This document shows positions 19,710 through 27,311 of a stretch of 64,000 bases of DNA, piece after piece. The stretch's first letter is position 1. Each line of letters begins with the position of its first letter. Location of the stretch: NCBI GenBank assembly GCA_030836535.1, contig JAURPT010000127.1, positions 75-64,074 on the forward strand. The letters are read 5' to 3'. This DNA comes from Alphaproteobacteria bacterium. GTDB lineage: Bacteria > Pseudomonadota > Alphaproteobacteria > SMXS01. The notes below the pieces were generated by a model. That model searched no databases. It was not told the origin of the DNA and saw only the letters and a list, made by a program, of their open reading frames with translations. Made by a program: the position numbers and the translations under genes.

Positions 19710-20210
19710 AACGCTGCGTGTCCAATTATTGACTGTTATTCAGGGTACTGTTCGATGTGGCTGAACATACACCCCTAACACTTTATCCGTCGAGTTCGCA
19801 AATGCTTGGCCACTTGGCACCGCAAAGCATTACAAGACAGCAGATTTTCTGCCATATTCGCTGAATAATCAATATGTTATGGGCAGACACAAGCCAGATT
19901 TATCGCATTTTATTTTTGCCAATATTACAATATTTAACAAAATTAAATCAGTTGGTATGCCATTCCAATTTGGTATCTTGCCCGGAGGGGATCGCAGAAA
20001 AGTTACCAGGCGGGGTCCTTTAATGGCGTTGAAGCCACAAGAAGAATTGCTTAGGGTTAGTGTTGAAGTGGTGACCAGGGTCCAGTTTTTGCGTCGGCAT
20101 GTAGATATGGGTTCGTTCCAGATCAGAGAAAACAGCCAACCAACAAAGTGTCCACCCAAGGGGAAACAAAGTCATCACACTGCCGAGGCACTGGGGAGCC
20201 TTTATAAGCA

Positions 20211-21215
20211 ATGCTGCTGACCGACAAGTTATCAAAGGTTCTTGAAGCCGCAGATCTCCATATTACGGCGATGTTTATGGAGATGACCGAGGAATTCGGT
20301 CAGGTTGGATTCTGGCGCCTTGACCCCAGACGCGACAAACATTCATGGTCAGGCCAAGTCTACAAAATCTGCGGTTTGCGGCCATATGAACAATCCGTAG
20401 ATTCCGACACCCTGATGGGCATCTTTCACCCTGATGACCGCACCATGGCGCAGGAATGCATCGATGGTGCATTGCATCATGGCCGCGAGTTCAAGATTGA
20501 AGTGCGCGTGATGCGGCGGGATGGCTCCCTCCGCTATGTCAAGTTTGCCGGTAAACCTTTCACCAATGCTGAAGGTGTGATCTGGGAAGTATTTGGCATT
20601 CTGGTTGATATAACAGATTACAAGACAGCCGAAGCTGAATGGCGCCACCTGGCCGAAACAGATGAACTCACGGGCGTTTTCAAATTACGCCGCTTTGAAG
20701 AAATGCTGCAGGGTGAAATTCGTCGTTGCGCACGCTCAGGCCGGGCTACCTCAGTGGCACTCATCGACCTTGATGAATTCAAGCAGATCAATGACAGCTA
20801 TGGCCACCTGGCGGGCAATGAAGTGCTGCAGCAGTTCGTCGGCACCCTGAAAGACGCCCTGCGAGATATCGACACGATCGCCCGAATAGGCGGGGATGAA
20901 TTTGCCATCCTGATGCCGGAAACACCTACCAACCAGATACTGGAGCCCCTGTCTCGCATCACCAAGCAACTTCGCGATATCGAAATCGAAGACGGCGAAC
21001 ATTTGGTCAGCGTCTCATTCTGTGGCGGCGTGGTGGGCATATCACCCCAAAGCACAGTCGCAGATACCTTGCGACTTGCTGACTCCTATCTCTACACGGC
21101 CAAGAAGAACGGCAATCACCGTCTCGTCAGCGAAGCCGGAGTCTATAATCTATGGCGACCGGGCGAAAGTGCCGAAACAGGTGGTTCGTCGCAATCGCGC
21201 CAACTGTTTTCCTGA
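20211..21215 (+). CDS. PAS-GGDEF diguanylate cyclase with an I-site
   Basis: The active-site segment is RIGGDEFAILMP. An RxxD motif (RDID) sits 5 residues upstream, as in PleD. A PAS/PAC domain occupies the N-terminus. Confidence 0.9.
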   Translation: MLLTDKLSKVLEAADLHITAMFMEMTEEFGQVGFWRLDPRRDKHSWSGQVYKICGLRPYEQSVDSDTLMGIFHPDDRTMAQECIDGALHHGREFKIEVRVMRRDGSLRYVKFAGKPFTNAEGVIWEVFGILVDITDYKTAEAEWRHLAETDELTGVFKLRRFEEMLQGEIRRCARSGRATSVALIDLDEFKQINDSYGHLAGNEVLQQFVGTLKDALRDIDTIARIGGDEFAILMPETPTNQILEPLSRITKQLRDIEIEDGEHLVSVSFCGGVVGISPQSTVADTLRLADSYLYTAKKNGNHRLVSEAGVYNLWRPGESAETGGSSQSRQLFS

Positions 21216-21244
21216 TAACACAAAGAAGCACAAGGAAACCCGCC

Positions 21245-21700
21245 ATGAGTAATTCATACCCCAAGATGATTGGACTGATTGAACGACTCCACCGCCGGTG
21301 TCTGGACGTCATCAAGGCTGAAATCGATCGCTTGGAAATTCGCGACCTGAATGCAGCACAAGCGATGATCCTTTTTAACATCGGCGACAGAGAACTCCCG
21401 ATGGGCGAGTTGATCGAACGTGGTTATTACCTGGGATCCAACGTTTCATATAATGTCAAAAAAATGGTCGAGAACGGCTATGTCATTCAAACACCCTCTC
21501 CCTATGACAAGCGATCCCTGCATGTAAAAAGCGCCGACAAGGGGCTAGAAATCAGCAATCGCCTGTCCGCTCTCTTTGACTGGCATGCAGAACAATTACA
21601 GGCGGGCCTCATCAATGAGGGCGAGTTGGAAACAACAGCAGATGCCCTGGCACGGCTGGAAGGCTTTTGGTCTTCTGCGCGCCATGCCCCACCCAGATAG
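21245..21700 (+). CDS. MarR-family winged-helix transcriptional regulator
   Basis: 151 aa. The wHTH core is AAQAMILFNIGDRELPMGELIERGYYLGSNVSYNVKKMVENGYV. I trimmed the ORF-track start to ATG 21245, which lies 29 nt after the GGDEF stop. Confidence 0.75.
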   Translation: MSNSYPKMIGLIERLHRRCLDVIKAEIDRLEIRDLNAAQAMILFNIGDRELPMGELIERGYYLGSNVSYNVKKMVENGYVIQTPSPYDKRSLHVKSADKGLEISNRLSALFDWHAEQLQAGLINEGELETTADALARLEGFWSSARHAPPR

Positions 21701-21899
21701 CCCCCAAAGACCCCGCCCGCAGCGAAAAACCGAATGGGGCGAGCATCCTGAATCTCTTAATGATTCAAACTATTACGGTATTTTGTGAAAGTGATATGGC
21801 AAAAATACACGATTTTTGTCTGATTTCGCCTGTTCACGGCGAGTAAACACGCAATATTGGGAGCTTTTAGGGGTTAAACACGCGATTCCTAGGCATTTC

Positions 21900-22130
21900 T
21901 GATAAAATAAGCCCCATGTATTTTAAAATAATAACTAGAAATAATATGGATATTTATAACTAAATATCTTTCATCAATATTCTGATAATGTAGTCATATA
22001 TTAATTATTATGTATTTAATCCTATATTATAAAATTTTAATTGACGATAACAAATTTGTGAACGAGAAATAACCAAATTATTACATAATATTACTATTAT
22101 TTCGAATTTTACGATAAAAAAATATTTTGC
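21900..22130 (+). promoter_or_regulatory. Extremely AT-rich block inside the 525-bp flp upstream region, presumed to hold the promoter and operators of the pilus locus
   Basis: A hand count over 21961..22080 gives 22 G+C in 120 nt, about 18 percent, whereas the surrounding genes are clearly GC-rich. No credible ORF is present. I cannot place -35/-10 elements with confidence. Confidence 0.4.
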
Positions 22131-22225
22131 GCTGCAGGAAATTCCGGGTTTACATGTAGACATCAAGTTGGTTTTCGATGAGAATAAGCTTGGGACGACA
22201 GATAAACTTGTATTGGAGACTACAC

Positions 22226-22396
22226 ATGACAAAGCTTCTCAACTTCTTCGCCGATAAGCGCGGCGCGGCCATGATCGAATATGGCCTAATTGCTGCTCTC
22301 GTATCAGTGGTGCTGATTGCAGCGCTGACCGCCCTCGGCGGTGACCTTGACGCTCTGTTCGGCAGCATTGGTTCCGCAGTCGACCAGGCCGCCTAA
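22226..22396 (+). CDS. flp: Flp family type IVb pilin
   Basis: 56 aa. The Flp motif is KRG/AAMIEYGLIAALVSVV, matching the G/xxxxEY processing site. The SD is TGGAGA. I trimmed the ORF-track start at 22178 to ATG 22226. Confidence 0.9.
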   Translation: MTKLLNFFADKRGAAMIEYGLIAALVSVVLIAALTALGGDLDALFGSIGSAVDQAA

Positions 22397-22471
22397 TAAG
22401 TGACTGGCTTCTGGCTACTGGGTGCCCAGTATGCTGGATAACACGAAACAGGCCGAGCTAATTGGCCCATG

Positions 22472-22504
22472 GGAGGCGAAGGCACACGCTTTCGCCTCCT
22501 TTTA
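22472..22504 (+). terminator. Hairpin terminator/attenuator between flp and cpaA
   Basis: A 9-bp stem pairs ggaggcgaa with ttcgcctcc around a 10-nt loop and is followed by TTTT. A second small hairpin (gtgcc..ggcac) lies at 22506..22522. Confidence 0.6.
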
Positions 22505-22528
22505 GTGCCAAGAAACGGCACTTAAGGG

Positions 22529-23053
22529 ATGATTGCCTGGGGTTATGGAGACATGGGCGAACACGACTGGCTTCATATTACGCTTGCAATATTGTGCTCC
22601 GGCCTTTTGATATGGTGTGCGGCTACTGATCTGCGTGCACGCATCATTCCCAACCGCATTAGCGTCCTACTTCTTTTTGCATTTCTAATAAGTGGTCTGG
22701 TCGGGCATCACAGCTGGGTCGACGGCTTTTTATCTCTTGGAATCGTATTCATTATTACATTTGGCATGTTTGCCATCGGCATGATCGGCGGGGGAGATGC
22801 AAAGGTGATGACAGCATTGGCGCCTTGGCTTGGTCTGCAGAGTTTGCTGGGTTTCGCGGTGCTTACATCCCTTTTTGGTGGAGGGTTGGCTACCTTTTAC
22901 CTTTTGAAGCAACGTGCACGGCCTCAGGTCTCCCCTGGAGCCGATGAAGCACTTGAAGAAGGTCAGGCAATTGAATTGCCATACGGCGTGGCGATAGCCG
23001 CCGGTGGATTAACGATGATCTGGCTGCAACAGTCAGTATTAAGGGGAGTTTAA
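22529..23053 (+). CDS. cpaA: Prepilin peptidase CpaA (A24 family, TadV-like)
   Basis: A polytopic membrane protein with the two catalytic Asp contexts, ATDLRARIIPN and GGGDAKVM. Its position directly after flp fits. The start is ambiguous between 22529 and 22553. Confidence 0.85.
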   Translation: MIAWGYGDMGEHDWLHITLAILCSGLLIWCAATDLRARIIPNRISVLLLFAFLISGLVGHHSWVDGFLSLGIVFIITFGMFAIGMIGGGDAKVMTALAPWLGLQSLLGFAVLTSLFGGGLATFYLLKQRARPQVSPGADEALEEGQAIELPYGVAIAAGGLTMIWLQQSVLRGV

Positions 23054-23058
23054 GTGCC

Positions 23059-23925
23059 ATGAGGAATCGGCTCGTCATTCTGATACTGGTGAACGTCGTT
23101 ATCGTCGGCGCCACAATCGTGCTTTTACGGATGTGGATGACTGACGATTCAGTTGACCAAGCGCAGGCTGTTGCAGTTGTGCAGCAGAAAGAAACGACCA
23201 CCCAGGTTCTAGTGGCCGCAGAAAACCTGAATTCAGGTGTTTTCATGCAATCACAGCATGTTCAGTGGCAAAACTGGCCTGAAGAAGGCCTGTCTGACAG
23301 CTATGTGACATATATTCCGGAAGAAGAGGAAGAAGACGCTGCAGAAGCCAAAGAAAAAGAGCTTCTTGGCTCAGTCGTACGGTTTGGCATTCCTGGAGGT
23401 CAGCCTATTACAACCGGCGCCATCGTAAAGCCTGGCGACCGCGGTTTTCTCTCCGCCATTCTTGAACCCGGCTATCGCGCAATTTCAATTCCGGTAACCC
23501 CCACAACCAGCAATGCAGGCCTTATCCTGCCTGGTGATTATGTAGATTTGATCATGACCCACAGGTTCAAGGTTGAAGATGCCGAGGGGAACAAGTCGGA
23601 CCGCCGTGTCGCAGAAACTATTCTGCAAAACATCCGCCTTTTGGCGATGGACCAGAATTTTGTGAGCGATCCTGCCTCAGCTGTGCAGGGCAAGACAGCG
23701 ACGCTGCAGGTGACGCCGAGGCAAGCGGAGCGAGTTGCACTGGGTATGAGCATGGGTGAACTGTCATTGATCCTTCGGGGGTTAGACGCCCAGGACAACC
23801 CAGGCAGGCCACAGCGCACGGCGACGTGGGACTACAACGCTTCTGTTGCCATGCAGGCGCCTGGACTGGCTGCTGGTATGGAAGACAAGCCAGTCATTAT
23901 GCGTGGCGGACAAGAAAGTAAGTGA
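23059..23925 (+). CDS. cpaB: Flp pilus assembly protein CpaB (RcpC-like)
   Basis: It has an N-terminal transmembrane anchor, a SAF-like domain (VLVAAENLNSGVFM) and an RcpC-type C-terminus. It sits in the conserved position within the locus. Confidence 0.85.
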   Translation: MRNRLVILILVNVVIVGATIVLLRMWMTDDSVDQAQAVAVVQQKETTTQVLVAAENLNSGVFMQSQHVQWQNWPEEGLSDSYVTYIPEEEEEDAAEAKEKELLGSVVRFGIPGGQPITTGAIVKPGDRGFLSAILEPGYRAISIPVTPTTSNAGLILPGDYVDLIMTHRFKVEDAEGNKSDRRVAETILQNIRLLAMDQNFVSDPASAVQGKTATLQVTPRQAERVALGMSMGELSLILRGLDAQDNPGRPQRTATWDYNASVAMQAPGLAAGMEDKPVIMRGGQESK

Positions 23926-23996
23926 ACTGGACAAAATTGATGATGTCACTCAAGGGCATTACAAATCGTATGAGTAGGGGCAAAGGGACGCAAAAA

Positions 23997-25361
23997 ATGA
24001 TCAAATTATGGCGCCTCATGTCAGCAACTTTGATTGCCGGAGCAATTGTGTTCACACAACCGGCCACGGCCGCTGACATTCTTGAAGCCAAGAGTAATCT
24101 GGCAATTGAAATCAACAAGGGATCCATCATGCGGCTGGCGCGGGATGCTGCGACAGTCTTTGTTTCCGACCCTTCAATTGTCGATGTACAAACTCGATCA
24201 AAAAAGACCTTGTTCCTGTATGGGTTGCGCAAAGGCCAGACAACGCTGTTTGCACTCGACAAGAACGATCAGACCATTGTCTCTACAAAGGTGACAGTGA
24301 CGCATAACCTTTCCGACCTGAAAGATATCATAGAACAGCTGCAGCCAGATACGGCCATCACGCTGACGTCTTTGCCCAGCGGGCTGATTGTTCAGGGCAC
24401 GACTCAAACTCCTGCAGCTGCCGATGAGATCATCCAGGTGACACAGCAATATCTGGGTAAAGATGAGAGCATCATCAACCGGCTCGAAATTGCTTCCCCG
24501 ATCCAGGTCAACCTGCGCATCCGTATTGTCGAGGCATCACGCGAAACAATACGGGCGCTTGGGGTAAGCTGGGATTTCGATAAAATGGGTAAGTTCGGCG
24601 TATTCGGCACGACCTTCGGCACGACCGCCCTGCCCGAGTTCAGCCTGGACTCATCCAATAACTATCTTGCCCTCTCCTATCGCAATGCGAGCAACGAGGG
24701 ATTGGATGCCCTTATTGACGCCATGGACACCCAAGGCATGGTTTCTGTCCTCGCAGAGCCCAACCTAACCGCCCTATCTGGTGAAACGGCGTCTTTCCTG
24801 GCGGGCGGCGAATTTCCTGTTCCCGTTGGTGTTGACGACAATGAAATCGAGATCCAGTTCAAGCAATTTGGTGTTAGCCTTGCCTTCACGCCAACAGTGG
24901 TGTCCGCCGAACGCATCAACCTGAAGCTTCGTTCTGAAGTTTCACAACTCTCTGAAGCCGCTGGCATTATCCTGAACAGCATTGAAGTGCCCGGGTTAAC
25001 CACCCGCCGTGCTGACACAACCATTGAACTGGCAAGCGGGCAAAGTTTTGCAGTGGCCGGCCTGCTGCAAAACCGTGAAGTCAACGACATCTCCAAAGTG
25101 CCGGGCCTGGGTAGCATCCCGATTCTGGGCAAATTGTTCCAGTCTCGCCGCTACCTGGAAGAGGAAACGGAGCTGATCATTATTGCAACGCCTTACCTGG
25201 TACAACCGGTTGACCCGGACACACCCTTGCTTACGCCCGCTGATCGCGGCGAAGCATCCCAGCAGTTTGAGCAACTGTTGGAAAGTTCCTCATCGAACGC
25301 AATAACGTCTAGTGGCGAGCGCAGTCGGCTTAACAGCCCAGTCGGCTTTATAATGGAGTAA
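23997..25361 (+). CDS. cpaC: Outer-membrane secretin CpaC (RcpA-like)
   Basis: The signal peptide is MIKLWRLMSATLIAGAIVFTQPATA. The secretin core is VLAEPNLTALSGETASFLAGGEFPVP...VPGLGSIPILGKLF. The ORF-track start at 23922 precedes a better ATG at 23997. Confidence 0.9.
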   Translation: MIKLWRLMSATLIAGAIVFTQPATAADILEAKSNLAIEINKGSIMRLARDAATVFVSDPSIVDVQTRSKKTLFLYGLRKGQTTLFALDKNDQTIVSTKVTVTHNLSDLKDIIEQLQPDTAITLTSLPSGLIVQGTTQTPAAADEIIQVTQQYLGKDESIINRLEIASPIQVNLRIRIVEASRETIRALGVSWDFDKMGKFGVFGTTFGTTALPEFSLDSSNNYLALSYRNASNEGLDALIDAMDTQGMVSVLAEPNLTALSGETASFLAGGEFPVPVGVDDNEIEIQFKQFGVSLAFTPTVVSAERINLKLRSEVSQLSEAAGIILNSIEVPGLTTRRADTTIELASGQSFAVAGLLQNREVNDISKVPGLGSIPILGKLFQSRRYLEEETELIIIATPYLVQPVDPDTPLLTPADRGEASQQFEQLLESSSSNAITSSGERSRLNSPVGFIME

Positions 25362-26074
25362 TGCTGATGTCTGATACGCAACAAACACAGATTTCTACCC
25401 TGCCCAAGCTGGCGTTGGCAGCAGTACTGGCATTCGGCGTGGCTTCATGTGGCACAGGAAGTTTTACCGAACAAATTTCCAACCGCAGTGGTTTTATGGA
25501 CCCGCCGCCACAAAATGAAATAACCGTAACGCCCTATGCACACGCGGTGGACCTTGCTGCTGGACAAAACCGGTTAAACGGCAATCAGAATGCAACACTC
25601 TCTTCGTTTCTTGCGCAGGTTGGCCGCGACCGGGGAGATCACTATGAAATTCGCACAGCCTTCACCAGTGGAGACCCAGTACAGTCGGAGCGGAATAACA
25701 AGATTGCTCGCGATCTCAAGAAAAGCTTTATTGCCCAAGGGGTTAACGCAGACCGTATCCAGTTAGTAAATATCGGTGAATACAGCAGCAAGCTCGAACT
25801 TGTCGTTCGGCGCTACACCGTGATTAGCCCGGCATGCGGGATCGTCGACGTTAATTTGTCCAGCGGTTTTGACGACGAGCCCCTGCGAGACCGGAGTCTG
25901 GGTTGCAGTAACGAGTATAATCTGGGCAAAATGCTTGCAGACCCGCGAGACCTGGTTGGGGGGAGAAAACTGGACCCTGCCACGGCTGAACGGGAAGTGG
26001 TAGGCCAGCGCCGATACGGCACGGGTGTCGTTGAAGCGCCTGGTGAAAATGACACCTCGACAACTGGGAACTAA
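25361..26074 (+). CDS. cpaD: Pilus biogenesis lipoprotein CpaD
   Basis: The lipobox is AFGVASC. Size and position between the secretin and cpaE fit. The C-terminus is CpaD-like (GCSNEYNLGKMLADPRDL). Confidence 0.7.
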   Translation: MLMSDTQQTQISTLPKLALAAVLAFGVASCGTGSFTEQISNRSGFMDPPPQNEITVTPYAHAVDLAAGQNRLNGNQNATLSSFLAQVGRDRGDHYEIRTAFTSGDPVQSERNNKIARDLKKSFIAQGVNADRIQLVNIGEYSSKLELVVRRYTVISPACGIVDVNLSSGFDDEPLRDRSLGCSNEYNLGKMLADPRDLVGGRKLDPATAEREVVGQRRYGTGVVEAPGENDTSTTGN

Positions 26075-26081
26075 GACGAAT

Positions 26082-27308
26082 ATGCAACTGGGCGATCCAA
26101 TTACAGAGCAAGGGGCGAGTGATCGCCAACCTTTCATGGCCTTCGTCGCCGATGAGCGCACAGAAAGCCTGCTGCTGGAAATAACCGAAGCACTGCTGCT
26201 TCCCGACGAATGTGTTCGGCGCAGCAGTATTCAGGAAGCCTGCCTCTATTTGGAAGACGTTCGGTCTCCCAGCCTGCTGATTGTCGATATCGATGGCGTG
26301 GACGACCCCGTCGACCAGATTGTCGCGCTAAGTGAAGTCTGTGAACTGGGTACGCGGTTGATAGTTCTTGGCGCGAACAACGATGTAACCCTGTTCAGGG
26401 ACTTGTTAGGAATTGGCGCGGCTGACTATCTGGTCAAGCCGTTAACCAAAGAACAGGTGATGGCGTCGATCTCTTCGCTCGACGATGGCGGGTCAGGGCT
26501 CTCTATCATGGGCCGGACTGGTAAGATCATATCTGTCATTAGCGCCCGCGGCGGATCCGGCTCCAGCACTATAACGGCAAATTGCGGTGCTATCGTTGCG
26601 CAGGAAACGTCGAAGAGAGTTGTGCTGGTTGATCTCGACACCCATTTTGGCGACTTGGCGCTCACTCTGGGTGCTGATGCAAGGGGTGGCCTGGCCGATG
26701 CACTGAACCAACCTGAACGCATTGACAGCCTGTTTCTGGAACGCGTTAGCAGTCAGGCCGCTGAAAGGCTGTATGTCGTAGGGGGGGAAGAAAGTTTTTC
26801 CGAGAACATAGGCAACAGCCGTGACGGTATTGACGCTCTGCTCAACGAATTGAAGACACAATTCCACTATGTGATTGTCGACGTTCCTCGGTCGACCAGT
26901 GAAGTTGTCTACCGGACATTACAGCTCTCGGGTCTGGTGCTGGTTGTCAGTGACTTGTCCCTGACCGGCATGCGCGATGCTGCACGGTTGTTCAAACATA
27001 TCAAAGAAGCCAATCCTGGTTGCCAGATCGGCCTGATTGCCAACAAAGTCGGCGAGAACCCACGGGCAGAGATTCCCATCAGTGAATTTGAAAAGGGTGC
27101 CGGGTGGAAAATTGATTTCCAAGTACCTTTTGAGGCTAACACCGTCTTGAAGGCAGCAAATCTGGGCGAGCCTATAACGGCCGGACGTGGTAACATTGGC
27201 AAGACGCTCAAACAAATTGCGGACCGCTACATAGGCGTCGACCAAAGCCGCCAGAACAAACAGTCATCAAAGAAGGGGCTGTTTGCGTCGCTGTCACGAA
27301 AGGGCTAA
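26082..27308 (+). CDS. cpaE: CpaE/TadZ ParA/MinD-like ATPase with an N-terminal pseudo-receiver domain
   Basis: The deviant Walker A is SARGGSGSSTI. It has a ParA-like core and an N-terminal REC-like fold. I trimmed the start to ATG 26082, just after the cpaD stop at 26072..26074. Confidence 0.85.
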   Translation: MQLGDPITEQGASDRQPFMAFVADERTESLLLEITEALLLPDECVRRSSIQEACLYLEDVRSPSLLIVDIDGVDDPVDQIVALSEVCELGTRLIVLGANNDVTLFRDLLGIGAADYLVKPLTKEQVMASISSLDDGGSGLSIMGRTGKIISVISARGGSGSSTITANCGAIVAQETSKRVVLVDLDTHFGDLALTLGADARGGLADALNQPERIDSLFLERVSSQAAERLYVVGGEESFSENIGNSRDGIDALLNELKTQFHYVIVDVPRSTSEVVYRTLQLSGLVLVVSDLSLTGMRDAARLFKHIKEANPGCQIGLIANKVGENPRAEIPISEFEKGAGWKIDFQVPFEANTVLKAANLGEPITAGRGNIGKTLKQIADRYIGVDQSRQNKQSSKKGLFASLSRKG

Positions 27309-27311
27309 CCA

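Noticed and set aside
19814-19830. A sigma-54-like promoter: TTGGCACcgcaaAGCAT
   Set aside because: The GG element is present, but the GC of the -12 element is one nucleotide too close and the TTGC consensus is not met. It also lies about 380 nt from the nearest downstream start.
19879-20220. A 113-aa ORF filling the REC-EAL / GGDEF intergenic region
   Set aside because: It has no SD and runs across the AT-rich core with atypical composition. Its end overlaps the GGDEF start, and it has no recognisable motif. I treat the region as non-coding.
22037-22051. A CtrA-like box (TTAA-N7-TTAAC) in the flp upstream region: TTAATTGACGATAAC
   Set aside because: Only the first half-site matches. The second half is TAAC at N7 spacing, or ATAAC at N6 spacing. 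In DNA this AT-rich, partial TTAA matches are expected by chance.
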